NCBI RefSeq assembly: GCF_006345805.1 | Contig: NC_043022.1 | Span: forward strand, 3,410,001 to 3,474,000 | DNA from: Octopus sinensis | Lineage: Eukaryota | DNA length: 64,000 nt | Reading direction: 5' to 3' | Shown here: positions 44,398 through 57,547 of the stretch, one piece after another | Layout: each line of letters starts with the position of its first letter | How positions within the stretch are numbered: position 1 is the first letter of the stretch | The notes under the pieces: generated by a model | Databases searched by the model: none | What the model was told of the DNA's origin: nothing | Seen by the model: only the letters and a program-made list of their open reading frames with translations | Position numbers and translations under genes: made by a program

Positions 44398-47300
44398 TAC
44401 AAAATCAATAGTCATACCAAACAGGGTATAACGCACACTTCAAACACAGGCCTTCATCAACATCAGACAATCTGCCAAGAAAATTCCCATAAAAAGCTGG
44501 CAATGAGGAATTTCCGTTTCATTAAAAAAAAAAAAAAAAAAAAATTAAAAGAAAAGAAAAAAGTAATAATAATAATAATAATATTAATATTAATAATAAA
44601 ATAATAATAGATAAATAAATGTCAATATTATGAGAATATTTTTTGTATTTTTTTTAGATATTTCAAAATAGCAGCAAGGAGATCCAACAGGATTTGAAGT
44701 CATCGATGGATGGCTTACGAATCCGTTTGTTTTGTTTTTTGTTAATTGTTTTTTCTTTCTTTCTTCTCTTTGACACCAAATTGTCTTCTTCAGCGAAGTT
44801 ATTTACAAAAAAAAAAAAAAAAAAAATCTTCCTCTCCTCTTTCTTCGATACTGATTTTTGTAATCAGTTGCATAGGTATTTCTTACGAGGTAAGAAATAC
44901 CCAAATTAATCAATTAGTCTTTCACATGTCATCGCCTCGTTAATAATTTTTTTTTTTTTTCAATATTTATTTTTGAAATTTTTTTTTGTTTTGTTTCCAT
45001 AGTTACAGTTCAGATTCCCCAAAATCCTCAAAATTTAGTAAAAAGAAAAAAGGGAGAAAAAAAAAAAAAAAAAACCAAACTTTTATAATAAATAAATCTT
45101 TGAATGAAGCAGTCTCGTTTATTTCTTTTTTTTTTTTGCAATGAGTTTTGTTGTTTTTTTTTTGTTTTGTAGTAGTAGTTGTTTTTGCTTTTTTTTTTTT
45201 TTTTAAAATGTTATTTTACGCCTGTCCCCCCCTCCCGTGAAGATAATAATTTGTGGAAAGAGATTTCTTTAAGTTTGTTTTGTTTTAAATTTTGTTTGTT
45301 TGCAACACAGCCAAATCCTAGATGAACACAGAATCAGGTATAGAAATCAAAGTCATTGGAGAAAAAAAAAAATGGGAAAAAAAAAAGGGTCATTGTTATA
45401 GCAATGGTCATATGAAGAATTGTTGTTGTTGTTCATTAGAGAGAGAGCCAATCATCAGTGAACTTTGCACAGCAGCACCGTCACCATCACCACCACTACC
45501 ACCACCACCACCACCGCGGTTGAAAAAGAGCACAGAGGGTCAAACAGAGACCAGACGATGAGGACGGACGACAAAAAATGGAATGAAAGGATGGGCGCTA
45601 AGACACCTGAAAGCAGTTTGTGAAGAATTGTGCTTTGTTTATTGAGAGGCAAGAAGATGAGGATGAGGATGAAAAATGAAAACGTCCACCACCCCTCCCC
45701 CGGTTATAGGGATGCTGTGGAGCAAGGATAGCAAGGCGAAATGAAATCCGATAGGAGAGCAGGAGTAAAGAGTACAGAAGCTAAGATTTTTAATCCTTTG
45801 GCTACCAACCCTCCTGGGACTGCGCCTGGTTCTATCTAAGGAACAAACTTCCTGTTCTAAAGTGATCTAAAATTAAAACCTTCCATCAGAATTTCAGATT
45901 AATAATGACAAAACTATTTCACTAAATTCTTCATTTTTAAAAAAAAATTAATTTAAACAAATGCAGTGTCTTTCAACAGAAATATGGTAACAAAAGGGTT
46001 AAAGTGATCTAAATTAAAACCTTCAATCAAAATTTCATGCTAATTTATGTTTATCAATGACAAATTATTTTCCTAAATTCATTATTTCCAAAATCAATTG
46101 AAACAAAGGCAGTGGAATACGGCAAGAAAAGGGTTAATTTGAACTCAAAATGTTACAATTGGTTTTGATGCTTTCAGAGTTGTACTTGTCTAAAGAGTGT
46201 GTGTTGAAACTGAAGGGACTACATTGAGGAGGAGGAATCAGTTAACCTTTAGCACGCTTAGGTGCATTATGTTGCTATAGAGTTTTCTCCCCTGTAGCCG
46301 CAGTTGCAGTGTGCCGCACTGAAAGGGGAGAAAACTCATACAGTGACATGGTGCTCTTCCAGGGTGTTAAAGGTTAATAATAAAGTACTGGCTTTTAACA
46401 AACTTTCAGGCAGTTGCAGTGCAATTGTGCCAGTCGCCAGGTTGCAATGCTGTGATGAAAAATCTCAACACCTTGTAGAATAAATTTAAATTTAAATTTC
46501 AAGTGAATTTCACAGCTTTGAATGACAATGTAGATTTAATACTAAATTTTACTTTTTTTCTTTCATGTAAAAAAAAAAAAAAAATCAAATTAATGATTTC
46601 GAATTATAGCACAAGGCCAGTAATTTCAGAGGAGGGGATAAATTGATAACAATGACCCCAGTACTCAACTGGTACTTATTTTATCGACCCCTAACTTGGT
46701 GGAATTTGAACTCAGAATGCAAAGATGGACAAAATGCTGCTAAGTATTTCATCCTTTTGAATTAATGTTACGAAAGAAACAACAAAAAGTTTATACGAGG
46801 AAAGAAAAAAAATTTTAAAACTGAAGACAGTTTAGTCATAGGAGAGTATCACATTTATCTTAGAGAGAGGGAGAGAAAGATGGACAAAAAAACTTTTGGA
46901 TTACAACCGAAACTAAGACAATGGAATATAGGTAGGGATTTTGACTCCAGTTCACACTTATAATATACAGACTTTCATTACTGGGACAAATTGAACATTT
47001 AGAAAGCAGTAAAAAAAAACAAAACTGCCCAGAAACAGTTTTAATTATTAACCCTTTTAATACCAAACACACCTGAAGACTGCCCTTGGTTCTATGATAA
47101 ATAAACTTCTGGTTTTAAAATGATCTAAATTAAAATCTTCCATTTAGATTTTATGTTTTATGTTTTCCGGTTTCAGCTCTTGAGCTGTGGCCATGCTGGG
47201 GCACCGCCATTATGTTAAATGTAGACTTAATAATGAGAAAAATTACGCAACGAAATTCAATATCTTGAAAGTTACTTGAAACAAAAGCAATGCATTCCAA

Positions 47301-48877
47301 CAGAAATATCAAAAAGTTAACCCTTTTGATACTAATCTGCCAGAAACAGCCCCAGGTTCTACGATACAAACTCCTTGTTTTAAAATGCTTTAACCTTTTA
47401 GTGTTTAAACCGGCCAAATCTGGCCCAATATATTCTACATGTTTTATATTCAAACTGGCGATATCTAGCCTCTCACTCCTAACCTACAATGCCATTCTGA
47501 AAAATAAACAATCACATCATTGAAACCTCAAAGCTATAAGATAATGCATGATTAATTCAAAACAATTTGAGTGAAAAAGTATTACATTTAACAGAGTAAT
47601 CTGAACACTAAAGGGTTAAATGAAAATTTTTTTTCCTCCTTCATTCAATAATTATTAAACAATAAAAAGAGCCGAGTAAGAACTGTAAGAAAGAGAGATT
47701 AATTGTTTAGCGAATTGAATTAACAGACCAATATTTCAACGGACCATTGGTCTTTCGCAGATTCAAAATGTAAAATGAAACAGCAAACCTAGAAAGACCA
47801 AAGTTCAAAATATCAAGGGAAATGCCTGCTATTCCTTTTCAGACAAAATGCTATAAACCCTTTTGTTACTAACCCGACCAAAACCGGCTCTGGCTATGTG
47901 GTAAAATGTCTTGTCTTCATAAGTTTTGAATTAAAATCTTCCACCAAACCTTAGTCACAATTTACATTCCTAACACTAGCTTAATAATAACTAAGTTATT
48001 TTACTAAATTCTTTGTTATATTTAAAACTATTGAAAGAAACACAAAGCATCTCAAAATAAATACAGTAACGAAAGGGTTAAAATCTGGTGACATCATTTT
48101 GGCTAAAAAGGAACGCAAGATATTCCTGTTCATATTTTGAATTTCTGTGTCTCTATCTTATTTTTTCATTTCACATTTTGAATGCGAGGAAGACGGACAA
48201 TCTGTTGCAACATTTTTCAATTCGTTCAATCTCCATTTATTACAGATCACATCACATTCTTATTGTTTAATTAACTTCATAAATTATTATTATTATTATT
48301 ATCATTATTACCAAGGCGGCGAGCTGGCAGAACTGTTAGCACGCCGGGCGAAATGCTTAGGCAATATTTCATCAGCTGGTAAACGCTGAGTTCAAATTTC
48401 GCTGAGGTTGACTTTGCTTTTAATCCTTTCGGGGGTCAATAAATTAAGAACCAGTAACACATTGGTGTCGATGTAATTGATTATCCTCCTTCCCCAAATT
48501 TCAGGCCTTGTGCCTATAGTAGAAAGGATTATTATCATTATGATAATAAGAGTGAGATAAGCTTTGTATTAAACAGAGATTCATTCTGTTGTTCAATTCA
48601 ATTATCAGAGCCAGTCTCTATTACAAACCGTACCCTGCTCTTCTTATTGTATATTTATCTTCATGAAGACACACATCAATATTTATAAATTATTATTATT
48701 GAGTGAGAGAGTAATGCATGCCATCAAAGTGACGCTGGGGTAAAATATACAAAGCCCAGTACACCCATCATGACTACCCATCTGATAAGGGTACACCAGG
48801 CACATACATCACAATATGTGCACAACATGGTGATCTCATATCAAGATAAACTTTGTAGGTGGGGTCCAATTAGAATT

Positions 48878-49157
48878 TTATTCAGGTTGAGTAACCCATG
48901 CTGCTCAAAAGGTCCCTGAATGAGGGTTGTTTAAGGATGATGAATGAAACACCCATGTTTCCAGAGGTGAGTTATTCAAACCCCAAAGAACAGGAATTGG
49001 TACTGTATTTTATAAACTTATTCAGGTTGAGTAACCCATGCTGCTCAAAAGGTCCCTGAATGAGGGTTGTTTAAGGATGATGAATGAAACACCCATGTTT
49101 CCAGAGGTGAATTATTCAAACCCCAAAGAACAGGAATTGGTACTGTATTTTATAAAC
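48878..49157. repeat. 140-bp tandem duplication x2
   Basis: TTATTCAGGTTGAGTAACCCATG...TATAAAC repeated almost exactly. Confidence 0.9.
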
Positions 49158-50566
49158 CTTAGAAAGATGAAAAGACAAGGTTAACTAGGGCAGGATCTGA
49201 ACCCAGATAAATAAAGCAAATCATTTTGCCAGTGCTCTAACTACTTTCCTAGTTCAGCGCCCTTAAATAATAATCCTTTATATTATAGGCACAAGGCCTG
49301 GAATTTGGGAAAGGGGGATAGTCAATTACAACGACCCCAGTGTTTCACTGGTACTTATTGACCCTGAAAGGAATAAAAGACAAAGCTGACCTCAGCAGAA
49401 TTTGAACTCAGAACATAAAGACAGACAAAATACCACTAAGCATTTTGCCCAATGTGCTAATGATTCTGCCAGCTTGCCCACCCTGGTAATAATGATAATG
49501 ATAATAATAATAATAACAATCCTTTCTATTATAGGAACAAGGGCTGACATTTTTAGGGAAGGGGGTTAGTCGATCACATTGACCCCAGTATGTGGCTGGT
49601 ACTTATTTCATTGCCCCCAAAAGTAATAAAAGGCAAAGTAGACCTTGGTGGAATTTGAACTCAGAATGTAAAGACGGATGATAAGCCATGAAACATTTCA
49701 CCCAGCGTGCTAATGATTCTGCCAGCTTGCCAATTTAATAATGATAACAGCTTTAGGTGTAAGGCCAGCAATTTTGATGGGAGAGGTTAGTCGAGACCAT
49801 CGACCCCAGTACGTCACTGGTACTTTATTTTATCGACCTCAGAAGGATGAAAGGCAAAGTTGACCTCGGCAGGGTTTGAACTCAGAATATTAAGAGCCGG
49901 AGCAAACGCCGCAAGATGTTTTATCCACTGCTCTAACGTCTGCCAACCCCCCCAGATTAATATAATGTTTTCTCACATTGGCACATAGCCATTCATTTGG
50001 GGTTGGGCGGGCAAGTGTGGGGAGGGGTGATTGGTAGGAGATGTAACTGATTAAATTTGACCCCTAGCATTTGATTTTATCGACCCCAGAAAGATTAAAA
50101 AAAAAAATTTTTTTTAAATCAAGGTCGGTCATAGTGAAGTTTGAACTCAGAGCGCAAAGGAAGGTAACCAAAGAACTACAAATTTTTGCTTGCCTATCTA
50201 TCAGATGAACCAACTGATGACAACAGTGATGACGATGATGATGATGTGGATTTGCTGGAGATTATATATATATATATATATATCACGTGACCGATCAGAT
50301 GTTGTTACACATCGCTGGTCACAATGCGTTCGCATTGTTTTAGCCTTCGAATGACGCCACCCCGCTGGCTAAGCGAGCAGGCCAACAGAAAGAGTGGGAG
50401 AAAGAGTGGTGAAAGAGTACAGCAGGGATCACCACCCCCTGCCGGAGCCTCATGGAGCTTTTAGGTGTTTTCGCTCAATAAACACTCACAACGCCCGGTC
50501 TGGGAATCGAAACCGCGATCCTAAGACCGCGAGTCCGCTGCCCTAACCACTAGGCCATTGCGCCTC

Positions 50567-50609
<43 letters not shown>

Positions 50610-50959
50610 TTGACATGACCCCCATCATTCCTTTACCAAATGAATAGAAGTGGAGAAAAAGATTATGTGATGTGTTTGTTGCGACTGAAGTGAATTTATT
50701 TCAACCAGGAACTGAAACAGAACCATGGACTCAAATTGCTTGAAGCTTATTTACTCTGCTTGCTCTATGGTGAAGTAGCTTAATAGAGGAGTTCTTATGA
50801 TCGAGAGGGACTGCGTTCCCAGCCCAGGTATGGAGTGCATCACTTCTAAATGTCATGTAACTAGGGGCCAGTCTCAGGTGGAGGTTAGCTGCAGGGGATA
50901 GTAGACAAACGGGCGGCAGAAGGGCTCTTGTGTGTTGGCGTCAGGTGTGAAAGAACAGG

Positions 50960-51779
50960 TGTGTGAGAGAGAGAGAGAGAGAGGAGGGAGGGAGGGAGAA
51001 TGTGGGAGAGAGAGAGAGAAGCAGTGTGTAAGAGAGAGGGTGGCAGAGTGAGAGATGGAGGGAGGGAGTGTGTGTGAGAGAGAGGGAGGGAGGGAGAATG
51101 TGGGAGAGAGAGAGAGAAGCAGTGTGTAAGAGAGAGGGTGGCAGAGTGAGAGATGGAGGGAGGGAGTGTGTGTGAGAGAGAGGGAGGGAGGGAGAATGTG
51201 GGAGAGAGAGAAGCAGTGTGTAAGAGAGAGGGTGGCAGAGTGAGAGATGGAGGGAGGGAGTGTGTGTGTGAGAGAGAGGGAGGCAGAGTGAGACAGAAAG
51301 GTAGGGTAAGAGAGAGGCAGAGTGTGTGAGAGAAAGTGAGTATTGTGAGAGAGAGAGAGAGAGAAAGGTAGAAATAGAGAGAGTGAATGAGTGAGCGGGT
51401 TTGTGAGAGAAAGAGAGAGATTTTTAAGAAGAATGAATTTACTGAAAGTACGAGAAGCAGACCGAAAATAGGGAAAGAAAGTGAGTGTGTGAGAGAGAGG
51501 GGGAAGAGGGGGAGAAAAGAGGAGAGGGACAGAAAGAGGAGAGTATTAGAACAATACTGGAGAGGAGGAGGAGGTGGTGGTGGTGGTGATGATGATGATG
51601 ATATGAGAATGCAAGAATATGGGGGGGGGGTCGAATTGAAAGCATCCAGTGATGGTTGTGGTAAGAATTGGTAACTGGTAGTACCAATACTGGGAGGATG
51701 GGAATCTTGGTGGTGGTGGATGGTGGTGGTCTGTATATACATATATATATACATACATACATACATATATACATACATA

Positions 51780-51811
<32 letters not shown>

Positions 51812-52150
51812 CATATAAATACGTACATATATATACATACATATATATATACATACTATATATACATACGTACATATATATACATACGTATATACATACG
51901 TATATACATACATACATTTCCATACATATATACATACATACATATATATACATACGTATATACATACATATATATACATACGTACATATATATACATACG
52001 TATATACATACATACATATATATATACATACGTATATACATACATATATATATATATACATACGTATATACATACATATATATATGTATATATACACACA
52101 TATATACAGATACGTATATACATATATATACACACATACATACACATATA
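50960..52150. repeat. GA-rich ~97-bp repeat x3 followed by GGT/GAT and (CATA)/(TA) low-complexity tracts
   Basis: Direct reading; source of the 420-aa spurious ORF. Confidence 0.9.
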
Positions 52151-52888
52151 GTAGAAGATATGTTTTTAACCCCAGGCCAACTCTGCTCAAGTAAATCTAT
52201 GATCAGCGTTACTGTTTCATTTCTTTTCCTCCGGGGCCTCACAAAGATTGCATTTTCTCACGTGTCCATTCCTCTTGTTGAAGAAAATGAGGGAAGAAAG
52301 AGGGGGAGGAGGGTAACTGCTGTTTCTAGCAGGTTAGACAACCACACAAAGGCTACTTTGTTTTTGTTGTTGTTGTTGAGGTGATGGTTGTTAGTCCCAA
52401 GTGGGCCCTGATCAAAGCAGGCCAAAGACGAAAGGCACTCCAGCCGTGGCTTTTCCTCAGACACAGCAAACCACGAACCAACCCGTTATCTAATGTGTGT
52501 TTCAAAGATGATAGCGGTGATGAACTGAGGGAGATTTGACTGCTACTTCCAGCTGGTTGAGGCTGCCTTGTTGGCTCAGCACGTGATTACACTAGTGGAA
52601 TAGTTAGCAGTGAGAGTAATGACACAAAGACAACAGCAGCAGCCATACCAGTAATACATTGGGGGTAGAGCGTACAGCAGCAACACTACATTCGGTACAT
52701 ATGTTTTCGGGGGTCAAATAAGCCAGGTAAGAAACAATTTTAACAGTTACAGGGACACCCTTATAGCAACGTCTTCTGACGGTGAGCTGTCTGTTGTTGA
52801 TTAAATTAATAATTATCAGATCATTAAATTAATCTTTAGAGATGAAAGATAATCCTAACATTTACACCTGTGCCATGTTCTGATCAGT

Positions 52889-53450
52889 TTAACCTTTCAC
52901 CTGTCCTCTGTATCACCGGTGATACACAAAACGCACTCCCCTGGTGTCCATGCATCATACCTGATGCACTCAAATATCCCAATATCTTCTCAACCTCCTT
53001 GGGTCTTATGAAAGCAAAGCTTTATATCGCTCAGAACGTATGAAATGAGCACTAACTAAAAGAATGAATGTTTAGGAGAAACTTGTGAAAATGTTTCGGA
53101 CAGACAAAGGGTTAATTCATATTGTGGAGTTCGAGTCACTCCTCTGTTACACTCCTTAACTCATACAACGGAGTTTGAGACACTCAATATCTGTTCCTCT
53201 CCTTAACCCATCGCCTGGTTTTTCTTTTCACATGCGATACGTAGGACACATTTTTCTGGTGTCCATGCATCATGTATATGATACATTCCCAGTTTTATTT
53301 TTTTCAACCACCGAGTAAACTTGGAACTGATGAAAGGAAAGCTTGGTATTACTTGAGAATGTATGCAATAAGGGCTAACTAAAATTTTGGAAACAAGCAC
53401 GGACATTTAGGACAAACTTATGAAAATGTTTCAGACAGGCAGAAGGTTAA
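52889..53450. mobile_element. Two related TTAA MITEs (third family)
   Basis: TTAACC...AAGGGTTAA (52889-53115) and TTAACC...AAGGTTAA (53203-53450) share CTGGTGTCCATGCATCAT. Confidence 0.6.
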
Positions 53451-55084
53451 TAGTCAATCCTCATCACATACCTTTCATTCCAAGATGTGTACACAATACC
53501 AGGCTGGGTTTGATCCGGGACAACTTTTTCAAATTAGGAAGTTTTATTTTTAAAATAAGAATGAGGATCAAATTTACTAGTTCTGAAATAAAGGGTCCTG
53601 GTTATGACCCCCCGCCTACTTTAAAACTAAAACATTCCTAATTCGAATCCAGTCTAATGGTTAAATGGTTCAGAAGGTTACTTTGCAACCATGTGGCTTC
53701 AGGTTCGGTTCCATCGTGTGGCATCTTTTACTATAGCCTCAGGCTGACCAAAACCTTGCAAGTGAAAGTGGGAGACGGAAACTGTGAGGAAGCCCGTCAC
53801 GTGTATATATAGATATACATATATATATATTTATATGTTTATATGTGCATGTGCGTATTTGTTTACGTGTCTGTCTTTTTGTTGACACCGCTTGAAAAAC
53901 GATGCTCTGTGTTCGGGTCTCGTAACTTAGCAGTTCAACAAAGAGATTGATAAAATACCAGACTTGAAAAAAATTAAGTACTGGTGTCAATATGACCAAC
54001 TAAAATGCTTCAAGTTGTGCTCCAGCATGGCTGCAGTCTAATGACTTAAACAAGTAAAAGAGTGCTTTGTACACATCCAGGGGTAAGACACCTGGAGACA
54101 GGAACTGAACCAACCCAGGCAGGTGTAAGAAACCTGATTAACAAAGACCAAACCAACTCAGGCAGGTGTGATGTACACATCCAGGTGTAAGGTACTTGAT
54201 GATACTTGATCAAACTGCTCAGGTGTAGAAGGTAAGAATTAAAATTTTATCAATGTTTAAAGAGGAAGCTGATAATCCAAAATCACATGACCTTATTAAC
54301 GAGAAAATTAAAAAGACAGTGTCTGCAATAAATTTCTGGACCATATTTTTCTATTGACAAGGCTTAAGTTACCCTTTTTTTTTCGTTTTTTTTCTTCTTT
54401 TTAAAATTTTTTTTTAAAATATTTTATTTAAAGGAAAGAACTAAATTGCTGACTGAATCAAGGATCAATCCATTCTCTTTCCTGGCATTTGCATTTTATT
54501 GGTATTTATTTTACTGACCCCTGGCCCACCACACCCCCCAGAGAGATAAGAAGCAAAAAGTTCATAACAGCAGGAAGTGAATGCAAAGCTGAAATGGGGA
54601 GAAAAACCCAACATCAAGAATCATTCAGTCTGGTGGGGGGTAGCATCCCGGGGTCACATTTACCTCCCCCCCCCACTTACAAGTCTTCTTATTATTATTA
54701 ATAGTAGCAATGGTCATGATGATGATGATGATGATGATGATGACTATGAAGGTGATGATGATGATGGTGGTGATTGCAATGGACATAAAGGATGAGAATC
54801 AGAGACATTCAACACTGGACAATGACAGCTCCTTACCTACCCACCCTGCTGTCTCCCCCACCAGACGTACACACACACACACACGATAGGTGTTACATGA
54901 GGATCTGCATACTTGCCAACACGCAACACACATTTCGCAGGAGTAAAATGGGAAACCAAAATGTTTTAGAATCGAAAAGAGAGACATATTCCAGTTTTGA
55001 CAATTGAAACCCAAACTGGATGTCTTTGAGACGAGAAAGGGGCAGGGCGGAAGCAGAAGACATTCTCCGACAGACACAAGGAGT

Positions 55085-55960
55085 AGGTGTATATATATAA
55101 GGATTAGCCTATAATTGTATATGTTGGGGTTTGTACGTGCATATATACATGCACATATATATATATGTATTTATACACATATACACACACACACACACAC
55201 ATCCATATATATATATATATACACACATACATACATATGCACACACGCCCATATATACATACATATATATGCACACACACACACATATAATTACACAAAT
55301 ATACATACATGCATACAAATATACATACATACAAACATCTATATATATATACATATATCCATACATACATACATCTATATATATATACATATATCCATAC
55401 ATACATATCTATATATATATACAAATACATATAGACACATACATATATATACATACATATAGACACATACATATATATATACATATATACACCTACATGT
55501 ATATATACATATAGACACATATACATACATATATACACATATACATACAAATATATACATATAGACACATACATATATATACATATATACACATACATGT
55601 ATATATACATATAGACACATATACATACAAATATATTATATACACATATACATATATGTATATATACATACAAATATATTATATACATATACATACATAT
55701 ATACACACACACTCATATACATATATACGCGCACACATATATATATATATACATACATATATATGCATAATATACATACACACATATATACATAAACACA
55801 CATTTGTATTTACTAACATACACATTTACGTACGTGCATATGTATTTACCAACACACACACACACAAGATGGCCAAGAAATAGCTGTAAATCACACACAC
55901 CCTTATGCATATACACACACACACGTACACAGACCATCACCCCCTCCCACTGACACACAC
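55085..55960. repeat. (CATA)/(TA)/(CA) compound microsatellite
   Basis: Direct reading. Confidence 0.92.
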
Positions 55961-57388
55961 ACATCATGAACATTAAATCTACGCAAAACGGGAAGAAAAC
56001 AAACACAACTGGACCAACTGCTTTTGCAATTATTTTCACGTCCCAATCACAAAAGTCGTTTCTTCCCCCGTCAATTTAAAACGTCGACACAGCACCACCC
56101 CTGGAAAGTGTTGACAACCAACGACCGTCGCGTGTGTCAGTTTACACGACAAAGTCCTTCCGCAATCAACTTTAATGCCTCTGTCCAACCGTGGTGCATA
56201 GCTATTCTCCGTTTCAGATTACTCTGTACAAACCATACATATATCCACACACACAAACTCATACTCAATACACAGACACATACATAAACACAAACATGCA
56301 TATACACACACTTAGATATACACACATACATAGATACACACACACACATATATATATATATATACTCTTTTACTTGTTTCAGTCATTTGACTGTGGCCAT
56401 GCTGGAGCACCGCCTTTAGTCAAGCAACTCGACCCCGGGACTTATTCTTTTGTAAGCCCAGTACTTATCCTATCGGTCTCTTTGCCGAACCGCTAAGTAA
56501 CGGGGACATAAACACACCAGCATCGGTTGTCAAGCAATGCTAGGGGACAAATACAGACACGCATATATATATATATATACATATATACGACGGGCTTCTT
56601 TCAGTTTCCGTCTACCAAATCCACTCAAAAGGCTTTGGTTGGCCTGAGGCTATAGTAGAAGACACTTGCCCAAGGTGCCACGCAGTGGGACTGAACCCGG
56701 AACCATGTGGTTGGTAGACAAGCTACTTACCACACAGCCACTCCTGCGCCTATATATATATATATATATACACACACAAATATGTATGTATTATTTTTAA
56801 CTGTGGAACTCATCAGGGTAGTATACATAAACAGCATGTAAGTATAGGGTCAAAAACCCTTTTGGGGTCAAGAAAGTCAAAGGCTGTACATGGGACTTCA
56901 CCTATCCAAAAAGGGGTTTTAAGCTGATATTTACAGGTCATTGGTTACAGCTTTATCTGCTTTGAGTTCAACAGTTAAAAATGAATTATTTCACGTTCTC
57001 TCAAAGTTTCTAAATTCACATGGCATAAACAGTAGACACACAGACACTTATGTATTTTTCACTTTCTCTCTCTCTAAGATATATATTTATGATAGAGAGA
57101 GAATGCCAGATAAATAAGCACATACGTATATACATGCATGTGTGTGTGTGTGTATATATATATACACACATACAGATGGAAGATGGATAGATATATGTGT
57201 GTGTATGCAGACATGTACTCACCTAAATGTAGACACACCCGCTCACCCCCCCCCCATATACACAAAATGGTGCTGCATGCAAAGTTGGTTTGTTGGTTGG
57301 TTGGTTGGTTGGCTGGCTCTCATTCATCACAAGCAGGTACCCCACCCACCCCCTAGTTTCCGCACTCGTCCACCCTCACACTGTTTGT

Positions 57389-57547
57389 TCAGGCAACGTA
57401 CACAGAGTCAACGCTCCTCGAGAGATGAACTGGATGTGAGGGACTGCGAATCAATGGTTTCCTTGGTATCCGAGCCAAGGCCCGTGGTATCTGGCTGAAC
57501 TCAGGCCGGTCCTTAGGATCGAAACCCCAACAATCCATGAGGATATC
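57389..57547 (-). CDS. KSR: KSR-like last coding exon ([52 protein letters not shown])
   Basis: atttgcag acceptor; TGA at 57391-57389. Confidence 0.9.
   Translation of the reverse strand, partial: DILMDCWGFDPKDRPEFSQIPRALARIPRKPLIRSPSHPVHLSRSVDSVYVA

Noticed and set aside
50885-52384. 420-aa and overlapping ORFs
   Set aside because: GA-, TA- and CATA-repeat translations without splice or homology support.
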